Positions 1 through 9,987 of a DNA stretch of 45,432 nt are shown one piece after another. Source of the stretch: Paracoccaceae bacterium (GTDB lineage: Bacteria > Pseudomonadota > Alphaproteobacteria > Rhodobacterales > Rhodobacteraceae); assembly GCA_037968375.1 (NCBI GenBank), contig JBBKVJ010000142.1, positions 1-45,432 on the forward strand, read 5' to 3'. The notes below the pieces were generated by a model, which searched no databases, was not told where the DNA came from, and saw nothing but the letters and a program-made list of their open reading frames with translations. Position numbers and translations under genes: made by a program. Numbering within the stretch: position 1 is the stretch's first letter; the number at the start of each line of letters is the position of its first letter.

Positions 1-182
1 ACCAGCGCCTGATCCAGAGGCTGACCGGACGCATCACAGAGGCGGCAGAGAGCGACCGTGCGGGCAGCGGGCAGACGGGCGCCAAGCGCCGTTACCGCCG
101 CCCAGGCGCGCGGGCCCGAGATGCGAATGACGGCAAGCCCGGCTTTGCCCCGGGCCGTGGCTGGGGCGAAGATCGTATCCAT
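1..182 (-). CDS. mnmE: tRNA modification GTPase MnmE (TrmE), N-terminal fragment running off the window edge
   Basis: Not in the ORF track because it is open at the window edge. Reverse-strand translation from the ATG at 182-180 reads MDTIFAPATARGKAGLAVIRISGPRAWAAVTALGARL..., a typical MnmE N-terminus. It lies directly downstream of rho. Confidence 0.8.
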   Translation of the reverse strand, partial: MDTIFAPATARGKAGLAVIRISGPRAWAAVTALGARLPAARTVALCRLCDASGQPLDQAL

Positions 183-198
183 AGCCGGGCCGAGAATA

Positions 199-1506
<1,308 letters not shown>

Positions 1507-1623
1507 GGGAATACTTTCATCACCCGGATCGGGTGTGCCTGGATCGGAGATGGGAATTTCACGACAGCCGGATGGCCGCTTGGGCGGTCAGATAAGCGGC
1601 TATAGCCTGCGAGTCAATGAACC

Positions 1624-2076
1624 TCAGAACGGGCGGGCGATGACCGAGACGACGATGACGATCAGAAGAACGGTCGGAACCTCGTTCATCAGGCGAAACT
1701 GGCGACCCGAGCAGGGCGACGGGCCGCGCAGGAATTCCTTGCGGCGAAGGCCAAGCCAATGGTGGAACCAGGTCATGCCAAGAACGGCCGCGGCCTTGGT
1801 CCAGGGCCAGATCGCGCCCCAATCGACGACGCCGGGTGTGAAGACCAGCATGAGACCGAACAGCCAGGCGGCAATCATTGCGGGGTTCATGATCGCCCGC
1901 AGCAGGCGCATCTCCATCGTCTGGAACAGGGCGTCCAGCGGATCGCCGGGCTTTGACCGTTCGGCGTGATAGACAAACAGCCTTGGCAGATAGAACAAAC
2001 CCGCCATCCAAGCGATCACTGCGATCACATGCAGCGACTTGACCCATGGATAGGCCGAGATCAGAAATCCGCTCAT
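1624..2076 (-). CDS. hemJ: Protoporphyrinogen IX oxidase HemJ (CopD-like/UPF0093 membrane protein)
   Basis: 150-aa ORF with an ATG start. It is a multi-TM protein with the HemJ-type N-terminus WVKSLHVIAVIAWMAGLFYLPRLFVYH. Confidence 0.8.
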   Translation of the reverse strand: MSGFLISAYPWVKSLHVIAVIAWMAGLFYLPRLFVYHAERSKPGDPLDALFQTMEMRLLRAIMNPAMIAAWLFGLMLVFTPGVVDWGAIWPWTKAAAVLGMTWFHHWLGLRRKEFLRGPSPCSGRQFRLMNEVPTVLLIVIVVSVIARPF

Positions 2077-2494
2077 CTTCTTTGCATGTCCTTACGCGAT
2101 ACCGACCGGTCATCCTTCTAATAAGAATAGAGATAAAGAAAGGATGTTGTGGTTGTAGGGGGTGGGGACAGTGGGGATTAACCTGTTGTCCACGATACCG
2201 CTCAGAGGCCCTGGCGGGTTCTCCTCAGGCTTGGGATAACTCAACGGCATTGTGATATGTCTTTCCATATCAATATGTTACAGCGCCACAACCGAAATAA
2301 CCATGTAGACAACCCCGGGACAGACGCGCCGCGCCGCGTCGCTCCACACCCTGTTTCCCGCGCCTGTCCACCGTGGACGAAATCCGGCCGATTGCTTGAC
2401 AACCCGGCAGTTGATCGCGGATGCCTCGCCCTGCGACAATCTTCCCCCGACTGTCCCACGCCTTCTGCGCGCCCTTGTCCACAGAGATGTCCCG
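2077..2494. other. Candidate chromosomal replication origin (oriC): AT-rich tracts plus a cluster of DnaA-box-like motifs
   Basis: 418-bp ORF-free spacer between divergent hemJ and maf. AT-rich tracts at 2115-2147 and 2249-2281 stand out in a GC-rich genome. TGTCC(C)AC-type motifs are: TTGTCCACA 2475-2483 (1 mismatch to TTATCCACA), TTGTCCACG 2186-2194, CTGTCCACC 2364-2372 within the palindrome GTCCAC-C-GTGGAC 2366-2378, CTGTCCCAC 2451-2459, GTGGGGACA 2162-2170, GTGGGGATT 2171-2179 and TTGGGATAA 2231-2239. Genes diverge outward on both sides. Confidence 0.5.
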
Positions 2495-3088
2495 ATGCGC
2501 CTGATCCTTGCCTCTGCCTCGCCGATCCGCAGCACGCTGTTGCAAAACGCCGGTGTCGCGCACGAGGCGTTGCCGGCGCGGGTCGATGAGGCCGCGATCC
2601 GTGCCAGCCTGCAGGCGGATCGCGCCACGCCGCGTGATATCGCCGATGCGCTGGCCGAAGCCAAGGCACGCAAGCTGGCGCAAAAGCATCCCGACGCGAT
2701 GGTGATCGGCTGCGATCAGGTGCTGGAATTCAACGGCGAGATTCTGGGCAAACCGCAAGACCGGACCGATGCCGAAGCGCAGCTGCGCCGTCTTGGCGGC
2801 GCCACGCACAAGCTGTTGTCGGCGGCGGTTATCTACGAGGGTGGCGCGCCGGTCTGGCGCCATGTCGGCCAGGTGCGGCTGACGATGCGGGCGCTGTCGG
2901 ACAGCTATCTGGCCGGTTATCTTGATCGCAACTGGCCTAATATCAGCGACAGCGTCGGCTGCTACAAACTGGAAGAAGAAGGCGCGCGACTGTTTCAGCG
3001 TATCGAAGGCGACTATTTTGCCGTGTTGGGATTGCCGCTGATCGACGTCTTGGGTTACCTCACGCTTAAGGGAGTGATCGAAGGATGA
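2495..3088 (+). CDS. maf: Maf-like nucleoside triphosphate pyrophosphatase (septum formation protein Maf)
   Basis: The ATG at 2495 gives MRLILASASPIRSTLLQNAG..., a canonical Maf N-terminus. The protein is 197 aa. The stop overlaps the aroE start (ATGA). Confidence 0.9.
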   Translation: MRLILASASPIRSTLLQNAGVAHEALPARVDEAAIRASLQADRATPRDIADALAEAKARKLAQKHPDAMVIGCDQVLEFNGEILGKPQDRTDAEAQLRRLGGATHKLLSAAVIYEGGAPVWRHVGQVRLTMRALSDSYLAGYLDRNWPNISDSVGCYKLEEEGARLFQRIEGDYFAVLGLPLIDVLGYLTLKGVIEG

Positions 3089-3924
3089 GCGACGTCATTA
3101 TTCCGCTTGCCGGTGTGATCGGCCATCCGATCGCCCATTCCAAATCGCCTGCGCTGCATACCTACTGGCTGCGGGTCGAGGGGATTCGCGGCCATTACAT
3201 CCCGATGGATGTGACCGACAGTGATCTGAAAGCCGCGCTGAAGGCGCTGCCCAAGCTGGGCTTTGTCGGGGTGAACGTGACGCTTCCGCACAAAGAGCGG
3301 GTGTTGGGCCTGGCCGACCTGATCACCGACCGGGCGGCGCTGATCGGGGCGGCCAACACGCTGATCTTTCGTGCCGACGGCAAGATCCACGCAGACAATA
3401 CCGATGGCTACGGCTTTATCGAAAACCTGCGGCAGGGCGCACCGGGCTGGAGCGCCGATGCCGGACCGACGGCGATCATCGGGGCAGGCGGCGCTGCACG
3501 CGGTGTCATCGCGTCGCTACTGGATACCGGCGCCACCGAAGTGCGTATCGCCAACCGCACCCGGCCCCGGGCCGAGGCCCTGCGCGCCGATTTCGGGCCG
3601 CGCGTGACGGTGTTCGACTGGGCGCAGATCGGGACGATGCTGGATGGCGCGCGGCTGGTGGTCAACACCACCTCGCTGGGGATGGAGGGCAAGGACGATT
3701 TCCGCATCCCGCTTGACGCGCTTGGCCCCCAGACGGTGGTCACCGATGTCGTCTACGCGCCCTTGATGACGCCGCTGCTGACGGCGGCAGTGGAACGCGG
3801 GTGTCAGGTGGTCGACGGGCTGGGAATGCTGATGCATCAGGCGGTGCCGGGATTCGAGCGCTGGTTCGGGCGGCGCCCGGTGGTTGATGATGCCACGCGC
3901 GCGGCGCTGCTGGGCATTCCATGA
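3085..3924 (+). CDS. aroE: Shikimate dehydrogenase
   Basis: 279 aa, with GVIGHPIAHSKSPALH and NVTLPHKE motifs and a Rossmann IIGAGGAARGV motif. ATGA overlaps on both ends. Confidence 0.93.
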   Translation: MSDVIIPLAGVIGHPIAHSKSPALHTYWLRVEGIRGHYIPMDVTDSDLKAALKALPKLGFVGVNVTLPHKERVLGLADLITDRAALIGAANTLIFRADGKIHADNTDGYGFIENLRQGAPGWSADAGPTAIIGAGGAARGVIASLLDTGATEVRIANRTRPRAEALRADFGPRVTVFDWAQIGTMLDGARLVVNTTSLGMEGKDDFRIPLDALGPQTVVTDVVYAPLMTPLLTAAVERGCQVVDGLGMLMHQAVPGFERWFGRRPVVDDATRAALLGIP

Positions 3925-4526
3925 AGACATTCGTTCTGGCACTGACCGGGTCCATCGGCATGGGAAAATCGACCACGGCGGATTTCTTCCGCGAGGCCAG
4001 GGTGCCGGTCTGGGACGCGGACGAGGCTGTCGGGCGGCTGTACGCCAGGGGTGGCGCGGCGGTGGCTGCGATTGCCGAATTGTGTCCCGAGGCGGTGGAT
4101 GATGGCGAAGTCGACCGCGCCGCACTGAAGGCCTGGATCCTGCGTGACGATCAGGCATTGTCGAAAATCGAGGCGGTGGTGCACCCCTTGGTGCAATCGG
4201 ACCGCGATGATTTTCTGGTCGGCGCCGATGCCGCCGACGAACCGCTGGTCGTGCTTGACATACCACTGTTGTTCGAACGCGGCGGCGAGGCGGGCGTCGA
4301 TGCGGTGATGGTCGTCTCGGCGCCGCCCGAAGATCAGCGTGAACGGGTCATGGCGCGGCCCGGCATGACCGAAAAGGCGTTCGAGTACTTGTTGTCGAAG
4401 CAGATGCCGGATGCAAAAAAGCGCGAGTTGGCGGATTACGTGATCCAGAGCACGGATCTGGAGACCGCCCGTGCGGCGGTGTTCATGCTGGCCGACCGGC
4501 TGCGACGGGCGGGCCGACATGCGTGA
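3921..4526 (+). CDS. coaE: Dephospho-CoA kinase
   Basis: 201 aa, with the P-loop LTGSIGMGKST and typical CoaE length and context. Confidence 0.92.
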   Translation: MKTFVLALTGSIGMGKSTTADFFREARVPVWDADEAVGRLYARGGAAVAAIAELCPEAVDDGEVDRAALKAWILRDDQALSKIEAVVHPLVQSDRDDFLVGADAADEPLVVLDIPLLFERGGEAGVDAVMVVSAPPEDQRERVMARPGMTEKAFEYLLSKQMPDAKKRELADYVIQSTDLETARAAVFMLADRLRRAGRHA

Positions 4527-5208
4527 GATCGTACTCGACACCGAAACCACAGGGTTCGAGCCCGACGAAGGCGACCGCATCGTCGAGATCGGCGCGCTGG
4601 AACTGTGGAACCACTTGCCGACCGGCAAGATCTATCACCAATACATCAACCCCGAACGCACCATGCCCGCCTCGGCCTTCGAAGTGCACGGGCTGGGCGA
4701 CGATTTCCTGCGCGACAAGCCGAAATTCGCAGCAATCGCCGAAGCCTTTCTGGCGTTCGTCGGCTCTGACCGGCTGGTGATCCACAACGCCAGTTTCGAC
4801 ATGAAATTCCTCAACGCCGAACTGGGCTGGCTGAAGCGTCCGCCGATTCCGCTGGACCGGGCCACCGACACCCTGGCCATCGCGCGCAAGAAATATCCCG
4901 GCTCGCCGGCGTCACTGGACGCGCTTTGCCGCCGCTTTGGCGTCGATAATTCGGGGCGCGAGAAACACGGCGCGCTTTTGGACAGCGAGTTGCTGGCCGA
5001 AGTTTATCTGGAGCTGGTCGGCGGCAGGCAGCCTGATTTCGGGCTGGCCACATCCTCGGCGGCCGAAACCTCGGCGAACGGCGAAATCTGGCGCGCCCGG
5101 CCGCGACCGATGCCGCTGCCTGTCCGGATCACCGAGGCGGAAATCTGCGCGCATGAGGCGTTTGTTGCGGAGCTGGGCGAAGGTGCGGTCTGGCAGAAGT
5201 TCCGCTGA
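4519..5208 (+). CDS. dnaQ: DNA polymerase III epsilon subunit (3'-5' proofreading exonuclease)
   Basis: The ATG at 4519 gives MREIVLDTETTGFEPDEGDRIVEIG (ExoI motif), followed by HNASFDMKFL (ExoII) and HGALLDSELLAEVY (ExoIII). The protein is 229 aa. Confidence 0.93.
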   Translation: MREIVLDTETTGFEPDEGDRIVEIGALELWNHLPTGKIYHQYINPERTMPASAFEVHGLGDDFLRDKPKFAAIAEAFLAFVGSDRLVIHNASFDMKFLNAELGWLKRPPIPLDRATDTLAIARKKYPGSPASLDALCRRFGVDNSGREKHGALLDSELLAEVYLELVGGRQPDFGLATSSAAETSANGEIWRARPRPMPLPVRITEAEICAHEAFVAELGEGAVWQKFR

Positions 5209-5211
5209 GCC

Positions 5212-5739
5212 CTACTGAGTTTTCTGATCGGCGGGCTTTTCCTCGCCCTTGGCCGCCGTGCGGCGTGCGATCTCTTGCTTATAAAGCGCAAGGAAATCCA
5301 CGATATCCAGGTTCACCGGCGGAAAGCCCCCGTCGCGGGTCAGATCGCTGACGATCCGGCGCGCGAAGGGAAACAGCATCCGCGGGCATTCGATCAGCAG
5401 GAACGGATGGATCTGTTCCTCGGGCACGTTCTCGACATGGAACACCGCGCCGTAATCCAGCTCAAGCAAGAACAACGGATCGCCCGTGGTCTTGTTCTTC
5501 GAGCCAACCTTGAATTTCATCACCAATTCGTACTGATGCTCGGCCTGGCGCTTTTTCGCGTCGAGGCTGACCTGCACTTGCACCTCGGGCGTCACCTCGC
5601 CCTGCAGGCCCTTCTGGGCCAGCACATTCTCGAACGACAGATCGCGGATGAACTGCGCGAGGATATGCATCTTGATCGTCTCTGCACCCTGCGGGGGCGT
5701 GGCTTGATCGGGGCCGTTGGCGGTGGCGTCGGTCATCAT
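5212..5739 (-). CDS. secB: Protein-export chaperone SecB
   Basis: 175 aa, with an AAGGAA Shine-Dalgarno upstream. SecB signature ...LLIECPRMLFPFARRIVSDLTRDGGFPPVNL.... Confidence 0.93.
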   Translation of the reverse strand: MMTDATANGPDQATPPQGAETIKMHILAQFIRDLSFENVLAQKGLQGEVTPEVQVQVSLDAKKRQAEHQYELVMKFKVGSKNKTTGDPLFLLELDYGAVFHVENVPEEQIHPFLLIECPRMLFPFARRIVSDLTRDGGFPPVNLDIVDFLALYKQEIARRTAAKGEEKPADQKTQ

Positions 5740-5794
5740 AGGTTCCTTTGAAAGGCCGGTTTGGCGGACCTCCTAGCAGGTCAGGCCCAGCGCC

Positions 5795-6328
5795 TCAATG
5801 CTGGGTCCAGCCGGAGGGGCGGTGCGTCGGCTTGGCATCGGCGGGCGCCTCTTCGTAATCGCCTTCAATCACCTCGCCGGGCGGCATCTGGCCAGGCTGG
5901 CCCGGGCCGGGCGTGTTGTGACCGGGCGTATTCTGGCCGGGAGGCGGGGCGCCGCGTCCGGACCCGTAGGAAAACCGCTCGACCCGGACCCGCGCCGCGA
6001 TATAGCGCATCAGCGCGCTGCGCACGGCGGGGACAAGCAGGGAAAAACCGACCGCATCGGTGAAAAACCCCGGCGTCAGCAGCAGCGCGCCGGCAAACAG
6101 GATCATCGCACCATGCGCCAGCGGCGTGCCGGGGTCGTTCAGCGTCTCGAACGAGCGGCGCAGATCGCCAAGCGCGCGCATCCCCTCGCGGCGCACCAAT
6201 GCGGTGCCGATAATCGCCGTCAGAACCACGATTCCCAGCGTCGGCCAGAGGCCGATCAGACCGCCAACCTGCACGAACAACGCGATCTCGATCAGCGGAA
6301 CGGCGAGAAACAGCGCAAAAAGCCACAT
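5795..6328 (-). CDS. fxsA: FxsA family membrane protein
   Basis: MWLFALFLAVPLIEIALFVQVGG... is a canonical FxsA N-terminus. I prefer the ATG at 6328 (GGAGG 6 nt upstream) over the TTG at 6334 used in the track. The C-terminus is a Gly/Pro-rich low-complexity tail. Confidence 0.88.
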   Translation of the reverse strand: MWLFALFLAVPLIEIALFVQVGGLIGLWPTLGIVVLTAIIGTALVRREGMRALGDLRRSFETLNDPGTPLAHGAMILFAGALLLTPGFFTDAVGFSLLVPAVRSALMRYIAARVRVERFSYGSGRGAPPPGQNTPGHNTPGPGQPGQMPPGEVIEGDYEEAPADAKPTHRPSGWTQH

Positions 6329-6433
6329 GGGCAACCTCCGAATCCTTGGCCCGCCGGTGGACTTGACCGAGGTGCTACCCTACATATGTGCGGTAAGACG
6401 CTGAAAACCAACCCTGCATCCGAGAAGACGCAC

Positions 6434-7102
6434 ATGAGTTCCGCCGTGATCCAACTGCTGGTGCTGGCTGGCATCGCCATTTTCCTGATCCTGCGCCTGC
6501 GCAGCGTTCTTGGCACGCGCGAGGGCTTTGAAAAGCCGCCGGTGCAACTGCCCGGCAAGGATGGCGAAGCGATGCGCAACCGGCGCGGGTTTGAGGTGAT
6601 CGAGGGTGGCCCCGATCAGGACATCACCGATCATGTAAAGGCCGACAGCGACAGCGCCAAGGCGCTGGCCGCGATGAAGCTGGTCGAACCCAGCTTTGGC
6701 GTCGGCGAATTCCTGCAAGGCGCGCGCGGCGCCTACGAGATGATCCTGATGGCCTTCGAGCGCGGCGATATGGACCAGATCAGGCCGTTCCTGTCCGACG
6801 ATGTCTACGAGAGCTTTGAAGAAGTCGTGGCCGATCGCGTTGAGAAGGGATTGAAGATCGACGCAAATTTCGTCGGCCTGCGCGAGATCGACCTGACCGA
6901 GGCCGAGTTCGACCGCGACGATGGCGATGCCGAGATCACCGTGCGCTTTCTGGGCGAGCTGACGTCGGCGGTGCGCAATGCCGAGGGCAATATTGTCGAA
7001 GGCAGCACCACCGAGATCAAAAGTCAGCGCGATGTCTGGACCTTTGCCCGCAAGATGGGCACCGGTGACCCGAATTGGCAGCTGGTCGCCACCGGCGGAT
7101 GA
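6434..7102 (+). CDS. Tim44-like domain-containing membrane-anchored protein
   Basis: The ATG at 6434 gives an N-terminal TM helix (VIQLLVLAGIAIFLILRL) followed by a Tim44-like C-terminal domain. The upstream part of track ORF 5798..7102 is antisense to fxsA and is rejected. Confidence 0.8.
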   Translation: MSSAVIQLLVLAGIAIFLILRLRSVLGTREGFEKPPVQLPGKDGEAMRNRRGFEVIEGGPDQDITDHVKADSDSAKALAAMKLVEPSFGVGEFLQGARGAYEMILMAFERGDMDQIRPFLSDDVYESFEEVVADRVEKGLKIDANFVGLREIDLTEAEFDRDDGDAEITVRFLGELTSAVRNAEGNIVEGSTTEIKSQRDVWTFARKMGTGDPNWQLVATGG

Positions 7103-8136
7103 GGCGTGCCCTGGCGGGCGCCCTTGTCGCAGGTCTGCTTGGGATGAGCGGGCCGGGCCCGGTTCAGGCCGAGGTCAGCCACCGGATCCTGTCGTTTCAG
7201 GAATTGCGCGGCTGGGAGGACGACGATCATTCCGCCGCCCTTTTCGCCTTCCTTGAGACCTGTCCCGACCTGAAAGACCCCGAATGGCAGGCGCTATGCG
7301 CTCTGGCGACCCGCACCGAGGCCGCCAAACCGTTCTTCGAGCTGCTGTTCCGGCCAGTGCTGATCGGTGGCGAGGCGACGGCGCTGTTCACCGGCTATTT
7401 CGAACCCGAACTGGAAGGCTCGCGCCAACGCACGCCGCGCTATCGCTATCCGCTCTACCGGGTGCCGCGCGATCTTGCTCCGGGGCGGCTCTGGTATAGC
7501 CGGGCCGAGATCGAGACCGAGGGTCTGCTGGCCGGTCGCGGGCTTGAGATTGCCTGGGTCGATGATCCGGTCGAGCTGTTCTTTCTGCAGATTCAGGGCT
7601 CGGGTCGCATCCGTCTGGCTGAGGGCGGCACGATCCGCGTCGGCTATGGCGGTGCCAACGGCCATCCCTACCGCTCGATCGGTGCCGAGCTGATCCGGCG
7701 CGGCGTTCTGACCTCGCATCAAGCCTCGGCCGACGCGATCCGCAACTGGGTGCGCCGCCATCCGGTCGACGGCGAGGCGCTTTTGCGGCACAACCCGTCC
7801 TATGTCTTCTTCCGCGAGGTCAAGGGCGTGGCGCCGGATCGCGGCCCCCTGGGCGCGATGAACCGCTCGATTACGCCGTTGCGCACTGTGGCCGTCGATC
7901 CCGCGTTCACGCCTCTGGGCGCGCCGGTCTGGATCGAGAAGGCCGGCAACGATCCGATGCGGCGGCTGATGATCGCGCAGGACACCGGTTCGGCAATCAA
8001 GGGCGCGCAACGGGCCGACATCTTCTTTGGGCCGGGCGATGACGCCGGGTTCAAGGCCGGAAGGGTCAAGGACCCGGGCCGGATGGTGGTGCTGCTGCCG
8101 ATCCAGATTGCCTATGCGCTGGCCCCCGGGGGCTGA
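7099..8136 (+). CDS. mltA: Membrane-bound lytic murein transglycosylase A (MltA family with 3D domain)
   Basis: The ATG at 7099 overlaps the upstream stop (ATGA). There is a signal peptide MRRALAGALVAGLLGMSG. MltA-type motifs are TGYFEPELEGS, FLQIQGSGR and DTGSAIKG..RADIFFG. Confidence 0.88.
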   Translation: MRRALAGALVAGLLGMSGPGPVQAEVSHRILSFQELRGWEDDDHSAALFAFLETCPDLKDPEWQALCALATRTEAAKPFFELLFRPVLIGGEATALFTGYFEPELEGSRQRTPRYRYPLYRVPRDLAPGRLWYSRAEIETEGLLAGRGLEIAWVDDPVELFFLQIQGSGRIRLAEGGTIRVGYGGANGHPYRSIGAELIRRGVLTSHQASADAIRNWVRRHPVDGEALLRHNPSYVFFREVKGVAPDRGPLGAMNRSITPLRTVAVDPAFTPLGAPVWIEKAGNDPMRRLMIAQDTGSAIKGAQRADIFFGPGDDAGFKAGRVKDPGRMVVLLPIQIAYALAPGG

Positions 8137-8142
8137 GCCGTC

Positions 8143-8748
8143 ATGGCGAAGAAACGTCGCGGCCTCAGCCCGGATGAATCCGCCCTTTGGGGCCGGGTCG
8201 CCGACAGCGCCCGCCCGCTGCATCCGCAGCGCAAGAAGCCGGTGGTGAAAACGCCAGCGCCTGCGTATCAACCCGCGCCAAAGCCACCGCCGCCTCCGAT
8301 AGCGCCGTTCCGCCTTGGCGAAACGACGCCCGCCGCAGGCCAGCGCCATTACCTCCAGCCAAGCCTGACAGCCCGGCTTGCCACCGAGCCGGTCCGGATG
8401 GATCGCAAGGCCTATACCCGGATGGCGCGCGGCAAGCTGAAACCGCAGGCCAAGCTGGATCTGCACGGTCTGACCCTGTCGGACGCGCAACCCGAACTGA
8501 CCGGCTTTATCCTGCGCACCCATGCGGCCGGCCTGCGTCTGGTGCTGGTTGTCACCGGCAAGGGCCGCGACCGTGATGACGGCGGGCCGATCCCGGCGCC
8601 GCGTGGTGCGCTGAAACATCAGGTGCCGATGTGGCTGGCGCGGCCACCGCTATCGGGTCTGGTCCTGCAGGTGACCGAGGCGCATCGCCGTCACGGCGGC
8701 GGCGGCGCCTATTATGTCTACCTGCGCCGCCTGAACCGCCCCACCTAG
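8143..8748 (+). CDS. Smr/MutS2-type domain protein
   Basis: 201 aa. The C-terminal Smr domain reads LDLHGLTLSDAQ...LVLVVTGKG...LKHQVPMWL. Confidence 0.85.
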   Translation: MAKKRRGLSPDESALWGRVADSARPLHPQRKKPVVKTPAPAYQPAPKPPPPPIAPFRLGETTPAAGQRHYLQPSLTARLATEPVRMDRKAYTRMARGKLKPQAKLDLHGLTLSDAQPELTGFILRTHAAGLRLVLVVTGKGRDRDDGGPIPAPRGALKHQVPMWLARPPLSGLVLQVTEAHRRHGGGGAYYVYLRRLNRPT

Positions 8749-8770
8749 GGCCGCCCCACCTAGGGCCGCC
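8736..8770. repeat. Tandem 15-bp direct repeat (CCGCCCCACCTAGGG x2 plus a partial third unit) at convergent gene ends
   Basis: Units lie at 8736-8750 and 8751-8765, followed by CCGCC at 8766-8770. The CCTAGG core of copy 1 supplies the smr TAG (8746-8748). Copy 2 supplies the reverse-strand TAG (8762-8760) of the next gene. Confidence 0.9.
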
Positions 8771-9881
8771 GCGCTGCAGACACCGGCGACAGGATGATCG
8801 CCGTCGCATTCTGGATCGTCAGCACGGTTCCGGGGAACAGCCCGGTGCGCCCGGCCTGATCGTTGCCAAGCGAGGTATCAAGCGTGCCGACCGCCGAGAA
8901 CAGGCTGATCAGCGCCGGGGATTTCACCGCCGCGAAATGGTTCATTGCACTGCCATCGCCAAACGCCGAGACATCCATCACCAGCACATCCAGTTCGGCA
9001 ACCTGGCTGAGGTCCTGCAGGTTGCCCAGGCGGGCCAGTTTCTGCCCGGTCAGTCGCGCCGACAGGGTCAGCGCCCGGTCCCGGCGCGAAGTGAAGATGA
9101 CGAACGGCTCGGGCAGATTGCCGATCCGCAGCGCCTGTTCGCGAAACAGTCCGATATCGATATCGGGCGAGAACAGCACCACCGCATCGACCAGCCGCCG
9201 GGCGCTGCCGGTGCCACCGATCTCGATCTGGCGCAGCGTCTCCATGGCCAAGAGCGCGCCCATCGAATGCGCGACAAGGATGACATGTTCGGCGCCCGCC
9301 GCGCGCACCTCTTCGATCAGTGTCTGCAATCCGTCCCGCGCGAACAGCACGCTGTCGCGGTCATAGCCGTAATTCAGCGGCGTTCCCGCCGAGGGCCACG
9401 AATAATGCACCGTCACTGCGGGCACCTTCAGATCATGACCGATCTGCGCGATTCGGTAGACGCCATCGGCAAAGGTGTTGTTGAAGCCGTGCACATAGAT
9501 CACCGCATCGCGCTGCCCCAGGGCGAGGGCGCGCAAGTCCGGGGCCAGCTGAGTGCGAAACGCTGCGGCCGAGACGAACCGATCCTCTTGCAGGGTCACG
9601 AAGTGCCGGGCAGGGTCAAGGCTGTCGCGGCCCGGATGCTCGATCTGGCCCGGCACATGCGCAGGCGGGATCGAGACGACGTATCTGGCATAGCTGATAT
9701 CGGGCGACCGCTCGGCCAGAAACGGCCCGCCATCGGCTGCGGCGCGGGTGGTGCCGACAAAGACAGTGCGTGGCTCGCCAACCCCGGCGGAGCCCGGCAC
9801 CAGTGCGATCATCCCCCGTGGCGCGCAGGCCGAGACGGCAGCACCGGTCAGACCGACAAGGACAGCGCGTCGGGTTTGCAT
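8760..9881 (-). CDS. Alpha/beta hydrolase lipoprotein (DUF900-type esterase family)
   Basis: 373 aa. There is a lipobox-like signal (LVGLTGAAVSAC), a nucleophile elbow VAHSMG, and YVHGFNN in the oxyanion region. Confidence 0.75.
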   Translation of the reverse strand: MQTRRAVLVGLTGAAVSACAPRGMIALVPGSAGVGEPRTVFVGTTRAAADGGPFLAERSPDISYARYVVSIPPAHVPGQIEHPGRDSLDPARHFVTLQEDRFVSAAAFRTQLAPDLRALALGQRDAVIYVHGFNNTFADGVYRIAQIGHDLKVPAVTVHYSWPSAGTPLNYGYDRDSVLFARDGLQTLIEEVRAAGAEHVILVAHSMGALLAMETLRQIEIGGTGSARRLVDAVVLFSPDIDIGLFREQALRIGNLPEPFVIFTSRRDRALTLSARLTGQKLARLGNLQDLSQVAELDVLVMDVSAFGDGSAMNHFAAVKSPALISLFSAVGTLDTSLGNDQAGRTGLFPGTVLTIQNATAIILSPVSAARRP

Positions 9882-9987
9882 CGGCTTCGCCTTTCAATCG
9901 CGCCGGCGAAATTGCCCCGCGACTTTTTGTGGACCATCCCCGCCGAGCCCCGATCCCCGATGACCCAGGGCCGCTCGCAGACCCCAG

